The notes under the pieces: generated by a model | What the model saw: the letters and a program-made list of their open reading frames with translations, nothing else | What the model was told of the DNA's origin: nothing | Databases searched by the model: none | Origin: an uncultured Actinomycetes bacterium | GTDB taxonomy: Bacteria; Actinomycetota; UBA4738; HRBIN12 | Reading direction: 5' to 3' | DNA length: 64,000 bases | NCBI GenBank assembly: GCA_963704885.1 | Contig: CAVPIB010000004.1 | Location: 832,001 to 896,000, forward strand | In this document: positions 29,696 to 39,950 of the stretch, piece by piece | Layout of the letters: each line of letters opens with the position of its first letter | Position numbering within the stretch: position 1 is the stretch's first letter | Made by a program: the position numbers and the translations under genes

Positions 29696-32600
29696 TCAGG
29701 TCACCGTGAAGTTCACGAACGGGTTGGTCGTGAAGTTGCCTGCCGCGTCATCTGCGCGGACCATCAGGCCGTAGCTGGCGGCGGTCGCCACGAACCCGGA
29801 ACTCCACGATGTGGATGGTGCACCCGGCGAACCCATGGTGGCATCGCTGGCCCACGTGAATGTCGACTGCCACGTCGCGCCGTTCCACCACTGGTTCGTC
29901 GTCTTGTTCTTGATCGCGACACGCACCCTGGTGACACCGACGTTGTCCGTGGCGTTCCCGGACAAGTTGATCATGCCCGCCGGGAAGCCCTGGTTGTTCG
30001 TCGGCACCGTCGTGGTCGGCACCGGAGCTTGGGTGTCAGAGGTCGTCGACGTGACGGTGAAGTTCACGAACGAGTTGGTCGTGAAGTTGCCCGCGGCATC
30101 ATCTGCGCGAACCATCAGGCCGTAGCTGGCGGCGGTCGCCACGAACCCGGAACTCCACGATGTGGATGGTGCACCCGGCGAACCCATGGTGGCATCGCTG
30201 GCCCACGTGAATGTCGACTGCCACGTCGCGCCGTTCCACCACTGGTTCGTCGTCTTGTTCTTGATCGCGACACGCACCCTGGTGACACCGACGTTGTCCG
30301 TGGCGTTCCCGGACAAGTTGATCATGCCCGCCGGGAAGCCCTGGTTGTTCGTCGGCACCGTCGTGGTCGGCACCGGAGCTTGGGTGTCAGGTGCGCTCGC
30401 GGTAACGCTGAACTGGATCCACGGGCGCGTTGGATCTTCATTCCCGACGGCATCTTTCGTCACGACGCTTACGGCGAAGTTACCGACGACGGGGGTCCAC
30501 GTTGCCGTCCAGTTCACCGCCGTCGAACCAGGGACATCCAGTGTCGCCATCTGCCGGTAGACCTTCGACCCCCAAGTGCCGTCGGACTGCAGCCACAGGC
30601 CGCTGTCGCGGTTCTTGATCCCTACTTCGACCGACGCGACGCCGCTCTGGTCGTCGATCGCCGTGCCTGCGATGGTGCCGATCGAACCCACCACATAAAC
30701 ACCGTTCTGGATAGGCAGTGTCACGGAAGCGTCGGGCGCACCCGTGTCCGGCGGCGCGGGCGGCGTTTGCATGACGCTCCAGAACGTCACGCTGTTGTGG
30801 AGGTGATCGGAGACGGCCAGCGTTTGTCCGTCGGGTGATAGAGCGACGCCCTTGGGGGCATCTAGCGCGCCCGCACCGAAAGCCGCGATCGGAGTACCGG
30901 AGGTACCGAATATCTGCACGCGGTCGTTACCCGTATCCGCGACGAACAGGACTTCGGCGTCGTTCACGACGCCGAAGGAGATGTTGTGCGGGTCCTTCAG
31001 CAGCCCCGGCCCGGTCCCCTTGTTAACGATCGTGCCGATAAGGGTGCCTGTGTCGTCGTACTTCGTGATCGAGTCCGCCGCTCCGTCGTTCGCCACGAAG
31101 ACGTCACCGGCGGAATCGATCGCGATGCCGCGCGGCTGGCTGACGCCGTTCGTTACGGTCTTGAGGACGATCCCCGCGGCATCGAAGTGGAGCAGCCGGT
31201 TGTTGTCCGTGTCGGCGACCCAGTAGGTGCCGTTCGCGGCGATCGCCGTCTCGTGCGGCCGACCTAGTCCGGTCGAGAGCGGAGCGATCGCGTTGATGAA
31301 GGAGCCGCTCGGGTTGAACAACGAGAGTCTGTTGTTCTCGCTGTCGGTGACGACGATCGTGCCGTCGGTAGCCACCGTGACCGCCCGTGGGAACGTCAAG
31401 CCTCCAGCGACCGGGCCATAGGTGCCCCACTGGGTGGCGAAACTGCGGTTGGCGTTGAACTTCTCGATCCGGTGGTTGAACCAGTCCGCCACGTACAACT
31501 CACCGCCGGGCCCGTAAGTGAGGCCGAACGGTCCGTTGAAGCCGCCCGCCGCTGGCGGCGTACCGCCGATCGTCTCGGCGTAGACCGGGGCACCCGATCC
31601 GTCCACCGTGAAGCGCTCGAGTTGGAAGGACCACTGATCGCCCACGACGACACTGCCGTTGGCGAGGAAGATGCCGGACTGCTGACGGAACTGGCTCGGG
31701 CCGGTGCCGTAACCAGCGCTCGTTGCCGCGATCAGGGATCCGTTGTTCTGCACGTGGACCAGGAGGTAGTTCTTCGCGTCGCCGATCCAGAGACCTCCGC
31801 TGCCATCGGACGCGATGGCGCGAGGCCGATCGATCGCGAAGCTGCCGATCCCGGCACCGGTGGTCTTGTTGATCGAGACCACGCGGTCGTTGTCAGTGTC
31901 GCCGGCGTACAGGTTGCCGTCGCTGCCGATGGTCACGGTTCTCGGCCGGGATAGCGGGGTGCCGCCCACCGACGTCGTCGACCAGATCTCGGCATCGGTG
32001 TTCGGGTCGATCTTCACTATCCGGTCGTGATACGTGTCGGCCACATAGACGCCGGTGCTGTCGACCGCCAGGCCCCATGGGCCGTCCAGGCCGGCCCCGT
32101 CGATCTGTTTGACGACTGTGCCGGTCTTCGTGATCTGGACCACCTGATGGTTGGCGCCCGTTTGATCGCCTATCCACAGGTGGATACCGTCGGGGTCCAG
32201 AGCGATCGAGCGGGGATCGTTCCAGCCCGTCGCAGAGACGACCGTCACGTTGCGCGCCGCGTCGATCCTAACGACGCGGCTGTTGCCGGAGTCCGCGACG
32301 TACCAGTTGGTTCCGTCGGAGACGCCCCCGCCGGGATACAACGGAGCGACTCCCCCGGGGTTAGAGATCGACCCGTCCGCGGTCACGCTCAGGCTGACTG
32401 TGGTCTCGCCGATGCGGAACTTCTGCACCCGGTGGTTGTACGTGTCAGCCACGTACAAGAAGCCATTCGCGGCCACCAAGGAGTGCGGACGGTCGAACTG
32501 CCCCTCCGCGCTTCCCAAGTTGCCGAACCCGTCGCCCAGGTCGTTCAGGTTCGCATCGAAGTGACGGATCCGTCCGTTGCCGGTGTCGGCGACCCATATG

Positions 32601-35600
32601 GAACCGTCGGCCGCGACCGTGATGCCTTCCGGTGCCTTGAGCCCTGCCCCGGCCTGCCCCACGTACTGACCGGTGAGGGTGAACTTCTGGATCCGGTTGT
32701 TGTCCGTGTCGGCGACGTAGACGTTGGTGGCACTCGCAGCCACGCCCTGGGGATGCTTCAGTTGACCGTCGCCGATCCCGCCCACACCGATAGGTGCCCC
32801 GTAGGTCCCCGTCGAGGGGTCGTATGCGACCACGCGATCCTTCCAGCTGTCGGCGATCCACAGCCTGCCATCGGGGGCGAAGGACAGATCGGTCGGATGG
32901 TCGAAGCCGCCGATCTGGGCGCCATCGATCGAGAGGTCGGCTCCCGACAGCCCCGGGTCCCATCGCTGGATGTTGTTCCCGCGCGTGTCCGCGGCCCAGA
33001 CCCGGCCGTCGGCAGCAACCGCAACGGCTTCGGGCCACGAGAACTTGCCCAGTCCGGTGCCACGGCTCCCACCTGAGGAGATGTAATTCCCCACGGAGTC
33101 GAGGGACTGGATGCGCTGGTTGAGACGTTCCATCACGTACACGTTCCCGTTGGGTCCGACGTCGATGCCGTACGGCTGGGCGAATCCCGGAACGGGCGCC
33201 GAGGCTCCCTCGATCGACGACGCATAGGTGCCGTTGGCGTTGAAGACCTCGACGCCATTGCCCCAGAAGTCGAGCCCATACACCTTGCCGGCGCCGTCGA
33301 CAGCTACACGTCGAAGGTGGTTGAACTTGCCGGGCTCGAAACCGGGGACCCCAGGATCGGGACAGGGAGCCGGGTGCGCGGCGCAGCGGCCGCCCCAGGC
33401 GGTCGTGTAGGTCCAGTTGCCGCCGGAGAGGTCGTAGACCACGATCCGGCCCGTGCCCGTGTCCGCGACGTACATCCGGGTCCCCGTCGCGCTCCACACC
33501 ATGTTGTAGGGGAAGTTCAGATCGCCGTCACCGGGACCGCCCAGCGTGACAGCGGGAGTTGGATTCCAATTCCCCGCAGCGTCCGCAACGAACGCCTTGA
33601 TGCGGTGGTTCGAGTAATCCGAGACCCAGATCCGCCCATCGGGACCTCTCGCGGCGTCGCGCGGACCGTTGACGCCGATATCCGGTGACGTCCACTTGAA
33701 CACTCCGTTCGCGTCCCATGCCTTGATGCGGTCCTGGGACGACGAGGAGACCAGGATCTGCTGGTTCACGGGGTCCCACGTAACGCCGATGGGCGTGAAC
33801 AGACAGTCGCTACAGGAACCGGTGGTGCCGCGTGTCCACAGATGGTTGCCGGCGGGATCGAACTTCTGGATCCGGTTGTTCTCCGCGTCGGCGACGTAGA
33901 TGTTGCCCGCCCCATCGAGGGCGGCGTCTCGGGGGCTCTCGAACTGACCGTCGGCCGAGCCGGGCGAACCGAACTCGGACACCTTGGTCCCGTTGAGGCT
34001 GTAGCGCAGGATCCGGTCCAGACCAGTGTCCGCGATAACGAGTTGATTCGTCGTCGCGTCGAAGTCGAAGCCGGACGGGTACATAGCAGCCAATGACGGG
34101 CCAGCCAGCGTGCGGACGATCGGTGCCGGTGCGTCTTGGACGGGGATGTCCCAGGTGAACACATCCACCTGGTCGTTGTAGGTATCGGACACGTACACGA
34201 GGTCACCATCAACCGTGACCTGAGCGGGATGCGCGAATCCACCGTCCGGACCGCTGAAGATCGCGATGACGTCGAAGGTACTGTTCAGGATCACCACACG
34301 GTCGTTGCCCGAGTCGGCCACGTAGATGCGGCCTTGGGCATCGACCGAGACCCCCTCGGGATGATTGAAACCGCGGTCGATGTTGCGTTCGGTCGTGTAG
34401 TTGATTCCGTTGGTCGTGGCAACGACCTTGATCCGGTTGTTGTCCGTGTCGGCGATCAGCAGCCGCCCCGTGACCGGGTGGATCGCGATGCTCTGTGGGT
34501 TCAGCATCTGTCCCCAGTTCGAACCCTTGGATCCGTACGTCCCGATAGCTTGCCGAGTGGCGACGTCGTACGCCACGATCCGGTTGTTCTGAGTGTCAGC
34601 GATGAACGCCTTCCGGTCCGTCTCGCGGATGTCGAGCGCGTACGGCCAGTCCATCTGAGTCAGACCGCTCCCGGCGCCCGTGCCCACGTATTCCACACCG
34701 CTGCAATCGGGGTTGATGATCTGGACCCGGTTCTGCTTCGTGTCGGCGACCCAGATCTGCCCGGTCACGGTGTCGACCTTGAGGCCTCGCGGCCAGTTGA
34801 ACTTTCCGAGGGTGGACCCCTCAGAGGCGCGTTCTCCACAGATCTGCTGTATGTGACCGTCCGAGTCCATGCGGACGAACCGATGGTGAACGGTGTCGAT
34901 GATGTTCAGGATGCCGTCGGGACCTATCCCGATCTGGCGCGGTTCATGGAACACCGAGGTGTCGCTGGAGGCGCCGAGAGGGGCCCCGATCGACTGCGCC
35001 CAGTCGTAGCTCAAACCCCGTCCGCGGTCGTACCGCTCTACCTGAAACCCCCAGAGGTCGGCCGTCCACACATCGCCGGTTCCGTCGGTGGCCACGGCGA
35101 CGCGACGCATCGTCGTGATCGTCCCCTGTTGGCCCGGCGTGCCTTCCACACCGAACTGCGTTAGGTAGTTTCCGTTCAACGTGAACTCCTGCACCCGGAA
35201 ATTCAGCGCATCCGCCACGAAGAGGACATCCTGATCGAGGACCGGGTCATGAGCGACACGGACGCCGTACGGCGTCCTGAACTGACCGCTGCCGCCACCT
35301 GTGGAACCCCAGAAGCTACAGGCGCCACCCGGCGTGACCTTGGCGATCTGGTTGAAGGAGTACCCAGCCACGTAGATGTTCCCGGCGCTGTCGGCGTCGG
35401 CGTCGCGGATGTCAAAGAAGCTTTGGCATGTGTTGGATCCGTTCGGGTCGTTCTTGATGACCTCGCGAACGACGGACCAGTCGGTTGTGCTAACCGCCAA
35501 CACTCGCTTCCGCCCGGTGTCGGCGACGTAGAGGACGTTGTTGGTGACGCTACCGCCCACCGGGAAGTTGATCTGCAGCGAGGTGCCGGCGCCGTCATAC

Positions 35601-36046
35601 GTCGAGAGCCAGCTCCCGTCCTTATCGAGCTTCACTATCCGCGAGTTTCGAGTGTCGATCACCAGAACGTTGCCGAGCGAATCGACCCCCACGTCACGCG
35701 GGTTGTCGAACTGGCCCACGCCCGCGCCCCATGAGCCGATCCGCCAGATCTGGTTGCCGGTCTGGTCGTACTTGACGATCTGGTTGTTCCCAGTGTCGGC
35801 GACCACGAGCGTGTTGTCTATCGCCGACGTCTCGAGTCCGCCCGGGTAGATCTCACTGTGCTGGGGCCCCCCCAGGGTCTTCACGAACAACGGAGGAAGT
35901 CCGGCGTCTGCGCGCGCGGGAGCGGCGAGAGGACCGACCACCGTCAGCAGCGAAACGACGAGCGCTATGACGGCGCCCGAAGCGGTCGCGAGATGGGACC
36001 CTCCCCGCCTGCTGCCGCGGGAGACATGTGCAACGGGCCGAGTCAT
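29696..36046 (-). CDS. Giant secreted NHL protein: 3 tandem double-propeller units + 3 Trp-rich Ig-like domains (protein E, ~2116 aa)
   Basis: ATG at 36046 with GGAGG RBS. Signal peptide ending ARA-D. Units start at FVKTLGG..EIYPGG, IVRTLAG..AMYPSG and ISNPGG..PLYPGG. Confidence 0.87.
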   Translation of the reverse strand: MTRPVAHVSRGSRRGGSHLATASGAVIALVVSLLTVVGPLAAPARADAGLPPLFVKTLGGPQHSEIYPGGLETSAIDNTLVVADTGNNQIVKYDQTGNQIWRIGSWGAGVGQFDNPRDVGVDSLGNVLVIDTRNSRIVKLDKDGSWLSTYDGAGTSLQINFPVGGSVTNNVLYVADTGRKRVLAVSTTDWSVVREVIKNDPNGSNTCQSFFDIRDADADSAGNIYVAGYSFNQIAKVTPGGACSFWGSTGGGSGQFRTPYGVRVAHDPVLDQDVLFVADALNFRVQEFTLNGNYLTQFGVEGTPGQQGTITTMRRVAVATDGTGDVWTADLWGFQVERYDRGRGLSYDWAQSIGAPLGASSDTSVFHEPRQIGIGPDGILNIIDTVHHRFVRMDSDGHIQQICGERASEGSTLGKFNWPRGLKVDTVTGQIWVADTKQNRVQIINPDCSGVEYVGTGAGSGLTQMDWPYALDIRETDRKAFIADTQNNRIVAYDVATRQAIGTYGSKGSNWGQMLNPQSIAIHPVTGRLLIADTDNNRIKVVATTNGINYTTERNIDRGFNHPEGVSVDAQGRIYVADSGNDRVVILNSTFDVIAIFSGPDGGFAHPAQVTVDGDLVYVSDTYNDQVDVFTWDIPVQDAPAPIVRTLAGPSLAAMYPSGFDFDATTNQLVIADTGLDRILRYSLNGTKVSEFGSPGSADGQFESPRDAALDGAGNIYVADAENNRIQKFDPAGNHLWTRGTTGSCSDCLFTPIGVTWDPVNQQILVSSSSQDRIKAWDANGVFKWTSPDIGVNGPRDAARGPDGRIWVSDYSNHRIKAFVADAAGNWNPTPAVTLGGPGDGDLNFPYNMVWSATGTRMYVADTGTGRIVVYDLSGGNWTYTTAWGGRCAAHPAPCPDPGVPGFEPGKFNHLRRVAVDGAGKVYGLDFWGNGVEVFNANGTYASSIEGASAPVPGFAQPYGIDVGPNGNVYVMERLNQRIQSLDSVGNYISSGGSRGTGLGKFSWPEAVAVAADGRVWAADTRGNNIQRWDPGLSGADLSIDGAQIGGFDHPTDLSFAPDGRLWIADSWKDRVVAYDPSTGTYGAPIGVGGIGDGQLKHPQGVAASATNVYVADTDNNRIQKFTLTGQYVGQAGAGLKAPEGITVAADGSIWVADTGNGRIRHFDANLNDLGDGFGNLGSAEGQFDRPHSLVAANGFLYVADTYNHRVQKFRIGETTVSLSVTADGSISNPGGVAPLYPGGGVSDGTNWYVADSGNSRVVRIDAARNVTVVSATGWNDPRSIALDPDGIHLWIGDQTGANHQVVQITKTGTVVKQIDGAGLDGPWGLAVDSTGVYVADTYHDRIVKIDPNTDAEIWSTTSVGGTPLSRPRTVTIGSDGNLYAGDTDNDRVVSINKTTGAGIGSFAIDRPRAIASDGSGGLWIGDAKNYLLVHVQNNGSLIAATSAGYGTGPSQFRQQSGIFLANGSVVVGDQWSFQLERFTVDGSGAPVYAETIGGTPPAAGGFNGPFGLTYGPGGELYVADWFNHRIEKFNANRSFATQWGTYGPVAGGLTFPRAVTVATDGTIVVTDSENNRLSLFNPSGSFINAIAPLSTGLGRPHETAIAANGTYWVADTDNNRLLHFDAAGIVLKTVTNGVSQPRGIAIDSAGDVFVANDGAADSITKYDDTGTLIGTIVNKGTGPGLLKDPHNISFGVVNDAEVLFVADTGNDRVQIFGTSGTPIAAFGAGALDAPKGVALSPDGQTLAVSDHLHNSVTFWSVMQTPPAPPDTGAPDASVTLPIQNGVYVVGSIGTIAGTAIDDQSGVASVEVGIKNRDSGLWLQSDGTWGSKVYRQMATLDVPGSTAVNWTATWTPVVGNFAVSVVTKDAVGNEDPTRPWIQFSVTASAPDTQAPVPTTTVPTNNQGFPAGMINLSGNATDNVGVTRVRVAIKNKTTNQWWNGATWQSTFTWASDATMGSPGAPSTSWSSGFVATAASYGLMVRADDAAGNFTTNSFVNFTVTSTTSDTQAPVPTTTVPTNNQGFPAGMINLSGNATDNVGVTRVRVAIKNKTTNQWWNGATWQSTFTWASDATMGSPGAPSTSWSSGFVATAASYGLMVRADDAAGNFTTNPFVNFTVT
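29706..30390 (-). repeat. Near-perfect 351-bp tandem duplication (last two Ig-like domains of E)
   Basis: 29761-30039 reads identical to 30112-30390. The few mismatches lie at the 3' end of the coding repeat. Confidence 0.92.
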
Positions 36047-36198
36047 GAGATACGTACCTCCAAAGGCGTGAGGGTGACGCCGGAGAGAACGATCTCCACT
36101 CCTGTCGCGGCCCGCTCCGTACAACAACCGCTAACGGGGATGTCGGGAGCATCGATGACAACGGCGAGCACCGGGTGATGACTTGCTTTCATCGCTCC

Positions 36199-37130
36199 CT
36201 ATCCTCTCTCAACAGATGGGTTACTGCCTTCGGACTTTCGTCGGTGACCTTCGACGTAGGCATAGCGCTCGAGGGTCGGAGCCAGGGCTGCATCGAGCAG
36301 CGCCACGTCGTGGATGCCCAGGTCGGCGCGGTAGGCCTCCTTGCGTCCAGCGTCGAACCGATACCTGCGGAACCCATCCTCGAACGCTGGCGTCCAGTCC
36401 AGGCCGAGGAACAGCAGGATCTGCTCGCGTCCGCTCACGCGGTTCGGCAACGAAGTCCTCATACCGAACGTCGAGCCACTGCCCTGAGGAACCGCGCCTG
36501 CGCGACCTCGAACGCCTCCATCAGGATCCTCCACTCGAGACCGGCAAGGACGGCGAACGACGGTCCGAGTCGTCCCAGACTCTCTCGTACTCCTCGGGCA
36601 GAGGACCCCAACCCCATTCCGCCGGGCCACGGTACCCGCGCCACCAGGGCATCTGTAGGAAGGAGTTCGCCACCGCGCGCCCGTCGCGGATCACATGGAC
36701 GAACCGCGCGTCGGGCACGATCCGCCGCAGGAAACCAGATCGCGGCCAGCCCGTGAACTTGTGGAGGAAGAGAGGCTTGTTCTGCACGCGGGCGCGCTCC
36801 TGGAAGAACCGCCGGGTTCGAACCTCCAGCCAAGGCGTGACGTCTTCAGCCACCAGGTCGCGGACCGGCGTCGACAAGGCGGGAGACACGTCTCGGTTCA
36901 ACGCGTGGTACGCCTCAGAGGGTGCGAACCGCAGCCGGCCCTTGCGCGTGAATCGCTCCGGAACGCGCCGGTAGAGTTCGTTGTTCCACTCTACCCGTCC
37001 ACGCAGGAAGCGGCAGCCGATCCTCGATGTTGGAGACGAAGCCCACGTCGGGGTGACGGGCGATGACCTCGTGAACCAGCGTCGAACCGCAGCGCCCGGT
37101 CCCCAAGACGAACGCGAACTCAGACGTCAT
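36199..37130 (-). CDS. Sulfotransferase, at least 4 frameshifts (assembly error or pseudogene)
   Basis: MTSEFAFVLGTGRCGST (5'-PSB), FVHVIRDGRAVANS (3'-PB) and VRYEDFV lie in different frames. Confidence 0.75.
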
Positions 37131-38062
37131 AGCCGTAGGCCTCCAACCGCTCGGCTTGGATGGCCGTTGATCGTGGCGACCGCGTCGGCGTCGAGCGTGA
37201 CGCGCCAGGCCTCGTTCCGGTCGGGGAATCGAAGCGCAGCGACCGTCTCGCTCCACCCATCGTCGTCCGGCAGACCCGCGAAACTTGCGATACGGGCGAG
37301 GGTCGTCTGCGGACCCTCCACGAACGATTCGTAAGATAGGCGTAGCACCTGCTCGGGTGGGATCAGATCCAGGCCACGCTCCATGACGTCCGAGCTCCTC
37401 CACCCAGTTGCGCGCGCAGAGCTCCCATGGGTCGCCGCCCTCGAGCCGCCCAGTCTTGCGGCGTTCCTCCGTACCACCACACGTTGCTTTCGGGCCACCA
37501 GTCCACTCGCGAGAGTGAGAGCGCGACCGCGCGACCGTCTCGAACCAGGAAACGAACCGCGCCTCTGGGATAGGCGGCCGCCAGGAACGCGATCCGCAGG
37601 TTGTTGGCGATGCGCTTGTTGATGAACACTGATCCACCGGATGCGGTCCGGATGGACAAGAGTACGTGGCGGAGCGCCTGACTTTGTTCCCACATGCCCT
37701 CGGCCTGAAGCTCCACGTCCTGCGTGATGCCGCACGACGTGTAGATCGGCTCGCCCTCCACCGGCATCGGGAACAGCCTGCGCCGCAACGAGCGACGGCC
37801 GCCGTACACGTAGGCGTTCGAGTCCCGACCGAACCAGACCCTCCGGCGCGTCTTCGGCATGGCACGCGCCAGCCTGTTCGCGACAGCGAGACGGGGGAAC
37901 CTTGGGAAGCGTGCCACCCAGTTCGACACGAACGCCGTCTCGGGGTGAAGACACAATGCTTTGTACAGCAGGCTGGTCCCAGAGCGAGCCGGACCCACCA
38001 GGAACACCGGTGCGGTCGAGAGATCGCGCTCGTCTTCCTTAGGTTCTTGCCGATTCGATCAC
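37127..38062 (-). CDS. Sulfotransferase, at least 4 frameshifts, start uncertain
   Basis: VFLVGPARSGTS, LVRDGRAVALSL and LSYESFVEGP across ORFs 37363..38007, 36915..37865 and 37127..37954. Confidence 0.72.
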
Positions 38063-38093
38063 CCGATGCACGCCCCTGCTCCCGGCGTACGGA

Positions 38094-38825
38094 TCAGTAG
38101 GCGCCACGGCCGGTGAGGACCGCCGGCACCGTCTTAGCCAGCAGCTTGAGATCCAGCCCCAGCGACCACGTCTCGATGTATTCGAGATCCATGTCGACCC
38201 ATGTCTGGAAATCGAGATCGGAGCGTCCGCTGACCTGCCAGATGCATGTCACGCCGGGCTTCACCAGCAGCCGTCGCCGCTCCCGCTCCGTGTAGTCCAG
38301 GAACTCCTCGGGGAGCGGCGGACGAGGACCGACCAAACTCATGTCGCCCTTCAACACGTTCAGCAGCTGGGGCATCTCGTCGATCGAGAGCCTCCTTATC
38401 GCGCGGCCGACGGGGGTCACACGCGGGTCATCGCGGATCTTGAAGATCGGGCCTTCGTGCATGTTGTCGAGGATGTGCTCGTGGCGACGATCGTGGGCGT
38501 CGCGATACATGGAGCGGAACTTGATGATCCGGAACGGCTCCCCGCCCCTGCCCACCCTCTGCTGGATATACATCACGGGACCCCGCGATGTGAGCTTGAC
38601 CAGAAGCGCGACCGCCAGGAAGAGCGGCATCAGCATCAGGATCGCGAGCACGCTCACCGTGATGTCGACCGCCCTCTTCAACGCGAGCTGCCACCAAGAG
38701 GCGCCCGGCAGTCCTCGGGCACGGTCGAGTGCGATCGAGGGAACGCCAGGGACGAGCTCGAGGAGCATCTCGCCATCGCTGGGGTCGAGCCGTATCTCCT
38801 GCTCCATCTTCTCCCTCAGCCTCAC
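38094..38825 (-). CDS. Priming sugar transferase / monotopic phosphoglycosyl transferase (Bac_transf)
   Basis: KRAVDI + one TM segment, KFRSM, DPRVTPVGR, SIDEMPQL, GDMSLVGPRP, KPGVT, D..Y...WSL.LD. Confidence 0.93.
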   Translation of the reverse strand: MRLREKMEQEIRLDPSDGEMLLELVPGVPSIALDRARGLPGASWWQLALKRAVDITVSVLAILMLMPLFLAVALLVKLTSRGPVMYIQQRVGRGGEPFRIIKFRSMYRDAHDRRHEHILDNMHEGPIFKIRDDPRVTPVGRAIRRLSIDEMPQLLNVLKGDMSLVGPRPPLPEEFLDYTERERRRLLVKPGVTCIWQVSGRSDLDFQTWVDMDLEYIETWSLGLDLKLLAKTVPAVLTGRGAY

Positions 38826-39012
38826 GTTCGGTAGCTCGACGGAGGTTCTCCCCCAGCGGAACCAGTCGATATGGGGATTGTCCCGTGTTGGCCGGGTGAT
38901 GCGCTTCCCCCATACGGAGGGATTGCAACTAGTCTCTTCGACCTAATCACTGACTAGAGATTCATACCCCCTAGCGGGCCTACTCGGCAAGCCCGCCACC
39001 CAAGGTAGCGCG

Positions 39013-39942
39013 TCAGGAGGTGCGATCGCGATACGCCTGGTCAAGGCGTGCTTCCAAGTCGTCGCAGAGAGCTTCGATCTCCGGCTCCAGGTCCAGCGGG
39101 GGTGCCGACCGGCGCGAACGGCTGTCGACGTGTGCGATCAGCTTGGGTTGGTAAAGGAGCTCAAGCGCCGAACATAGGGCCCGCATAGCCCGTTCGGGCT
39201 CCTCCACCATCCCGCTGTAGGACGCCAGGACCACATCTGGTCGACGATCCAGCCCCAGGTCGAAGAAGAGCGAGTTCCGCAGGAACCAGAACAGTGCCGC
39301 GGCGCTCTCCGGCGACATCTCATCGAGGTCGAACCGCCGGATGAGCGCGAGCTGTTCGGGTCCCAGGCCCCCCGCCTGCCACATCGCCGCGCCGTCTCCG
39401 GCCGCGATCCGGCGGAGGGCATCTAGGTTGGCGGCTCCGAACTTCTGCACAGCGGAACGGACGCGACCATTGACGTCGCGATACGCCCAGATCGCGCGGC
39501 CGGCACTGGGTGTCCCGAGCTCGTCCAGGATCTGTGCGACCCGGTGCGAGTCGCAGAGCGGCTTGAAGAGGACGTACCGGTGACCGCTCTCCTCCACCAG
39601 ATGCTTGATGACCGGATCGGGGCGCAAGAGGAACCGGTCGAAGGCCGCGTCGTCGTTCTCGTTGCGTACCTCGAACTCGGGCGCGTGCTCCAGACCTCGT
39701 ACCAGCATGTTCGTACCGGACCGTTGGACCCCCACCACGAACACGGGGACAGCGTTCGGCGCCACATCGTGGGAGCGGCGCCAGCGCGCCTTGTGCATCG
39801 CGATCGGGATCCGCTCGAACGGGTTGAGTTGGTCCTCCTCGATCAGGCGACCTACGCCCTGGTTCCGGGCCCAGTGGATGTGGCGCCCGACCCGGCCGAA
39901 CAGGCGTCGCGGACCGGAGCGATCCTGGAGTGGAGTAGGCAC
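39013..39942 (-). CDS. Sulfotransferase-like P-loop protein
   Basis: VFVVGVQRSGTN (5'-PSB-like), WAYRDVNGRVRS (3'-PB-like), SYSGMVEEP. Confidence 0.6.
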   Translation of the reverse strand: MPTPLQDRSGPRRLFGRVGRHIHWARNQGVGRLIEEDQLNPFERIPIAMHKARWRRSHDVAPNAVPVFVVGVQRSGTNMLVRGLEHAPEFEVRNENDDAAFDRFLLRPDPVIKHLVEESGHRYVLFKPLCDSHRVAQILDELGTPSAGRAIWAYRDVNGRVRSAVQKFGAANLDALRRIAAGDGAAMWQAGGLGPEQLALIRRFDLDEMSPESAAALFWFLRNSLFFDLGLDRRPDVVLASYSGMVEEPERAMRALCSALELLYQPKLIAHVDSRSRRSAPPLDLEPEIEALCDDLEARLDQAYRDRTS

Positions 39943-39950
39943 TCGGCCCT

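Noticed and set aside
29706-30390. Near-identical repeats as a DGR template/variable pair
   Set aside because: The repeats are tandem, in-frame whole domains. Mismatches are few and not adenine-specific. No reverse transcriptase is in the window.
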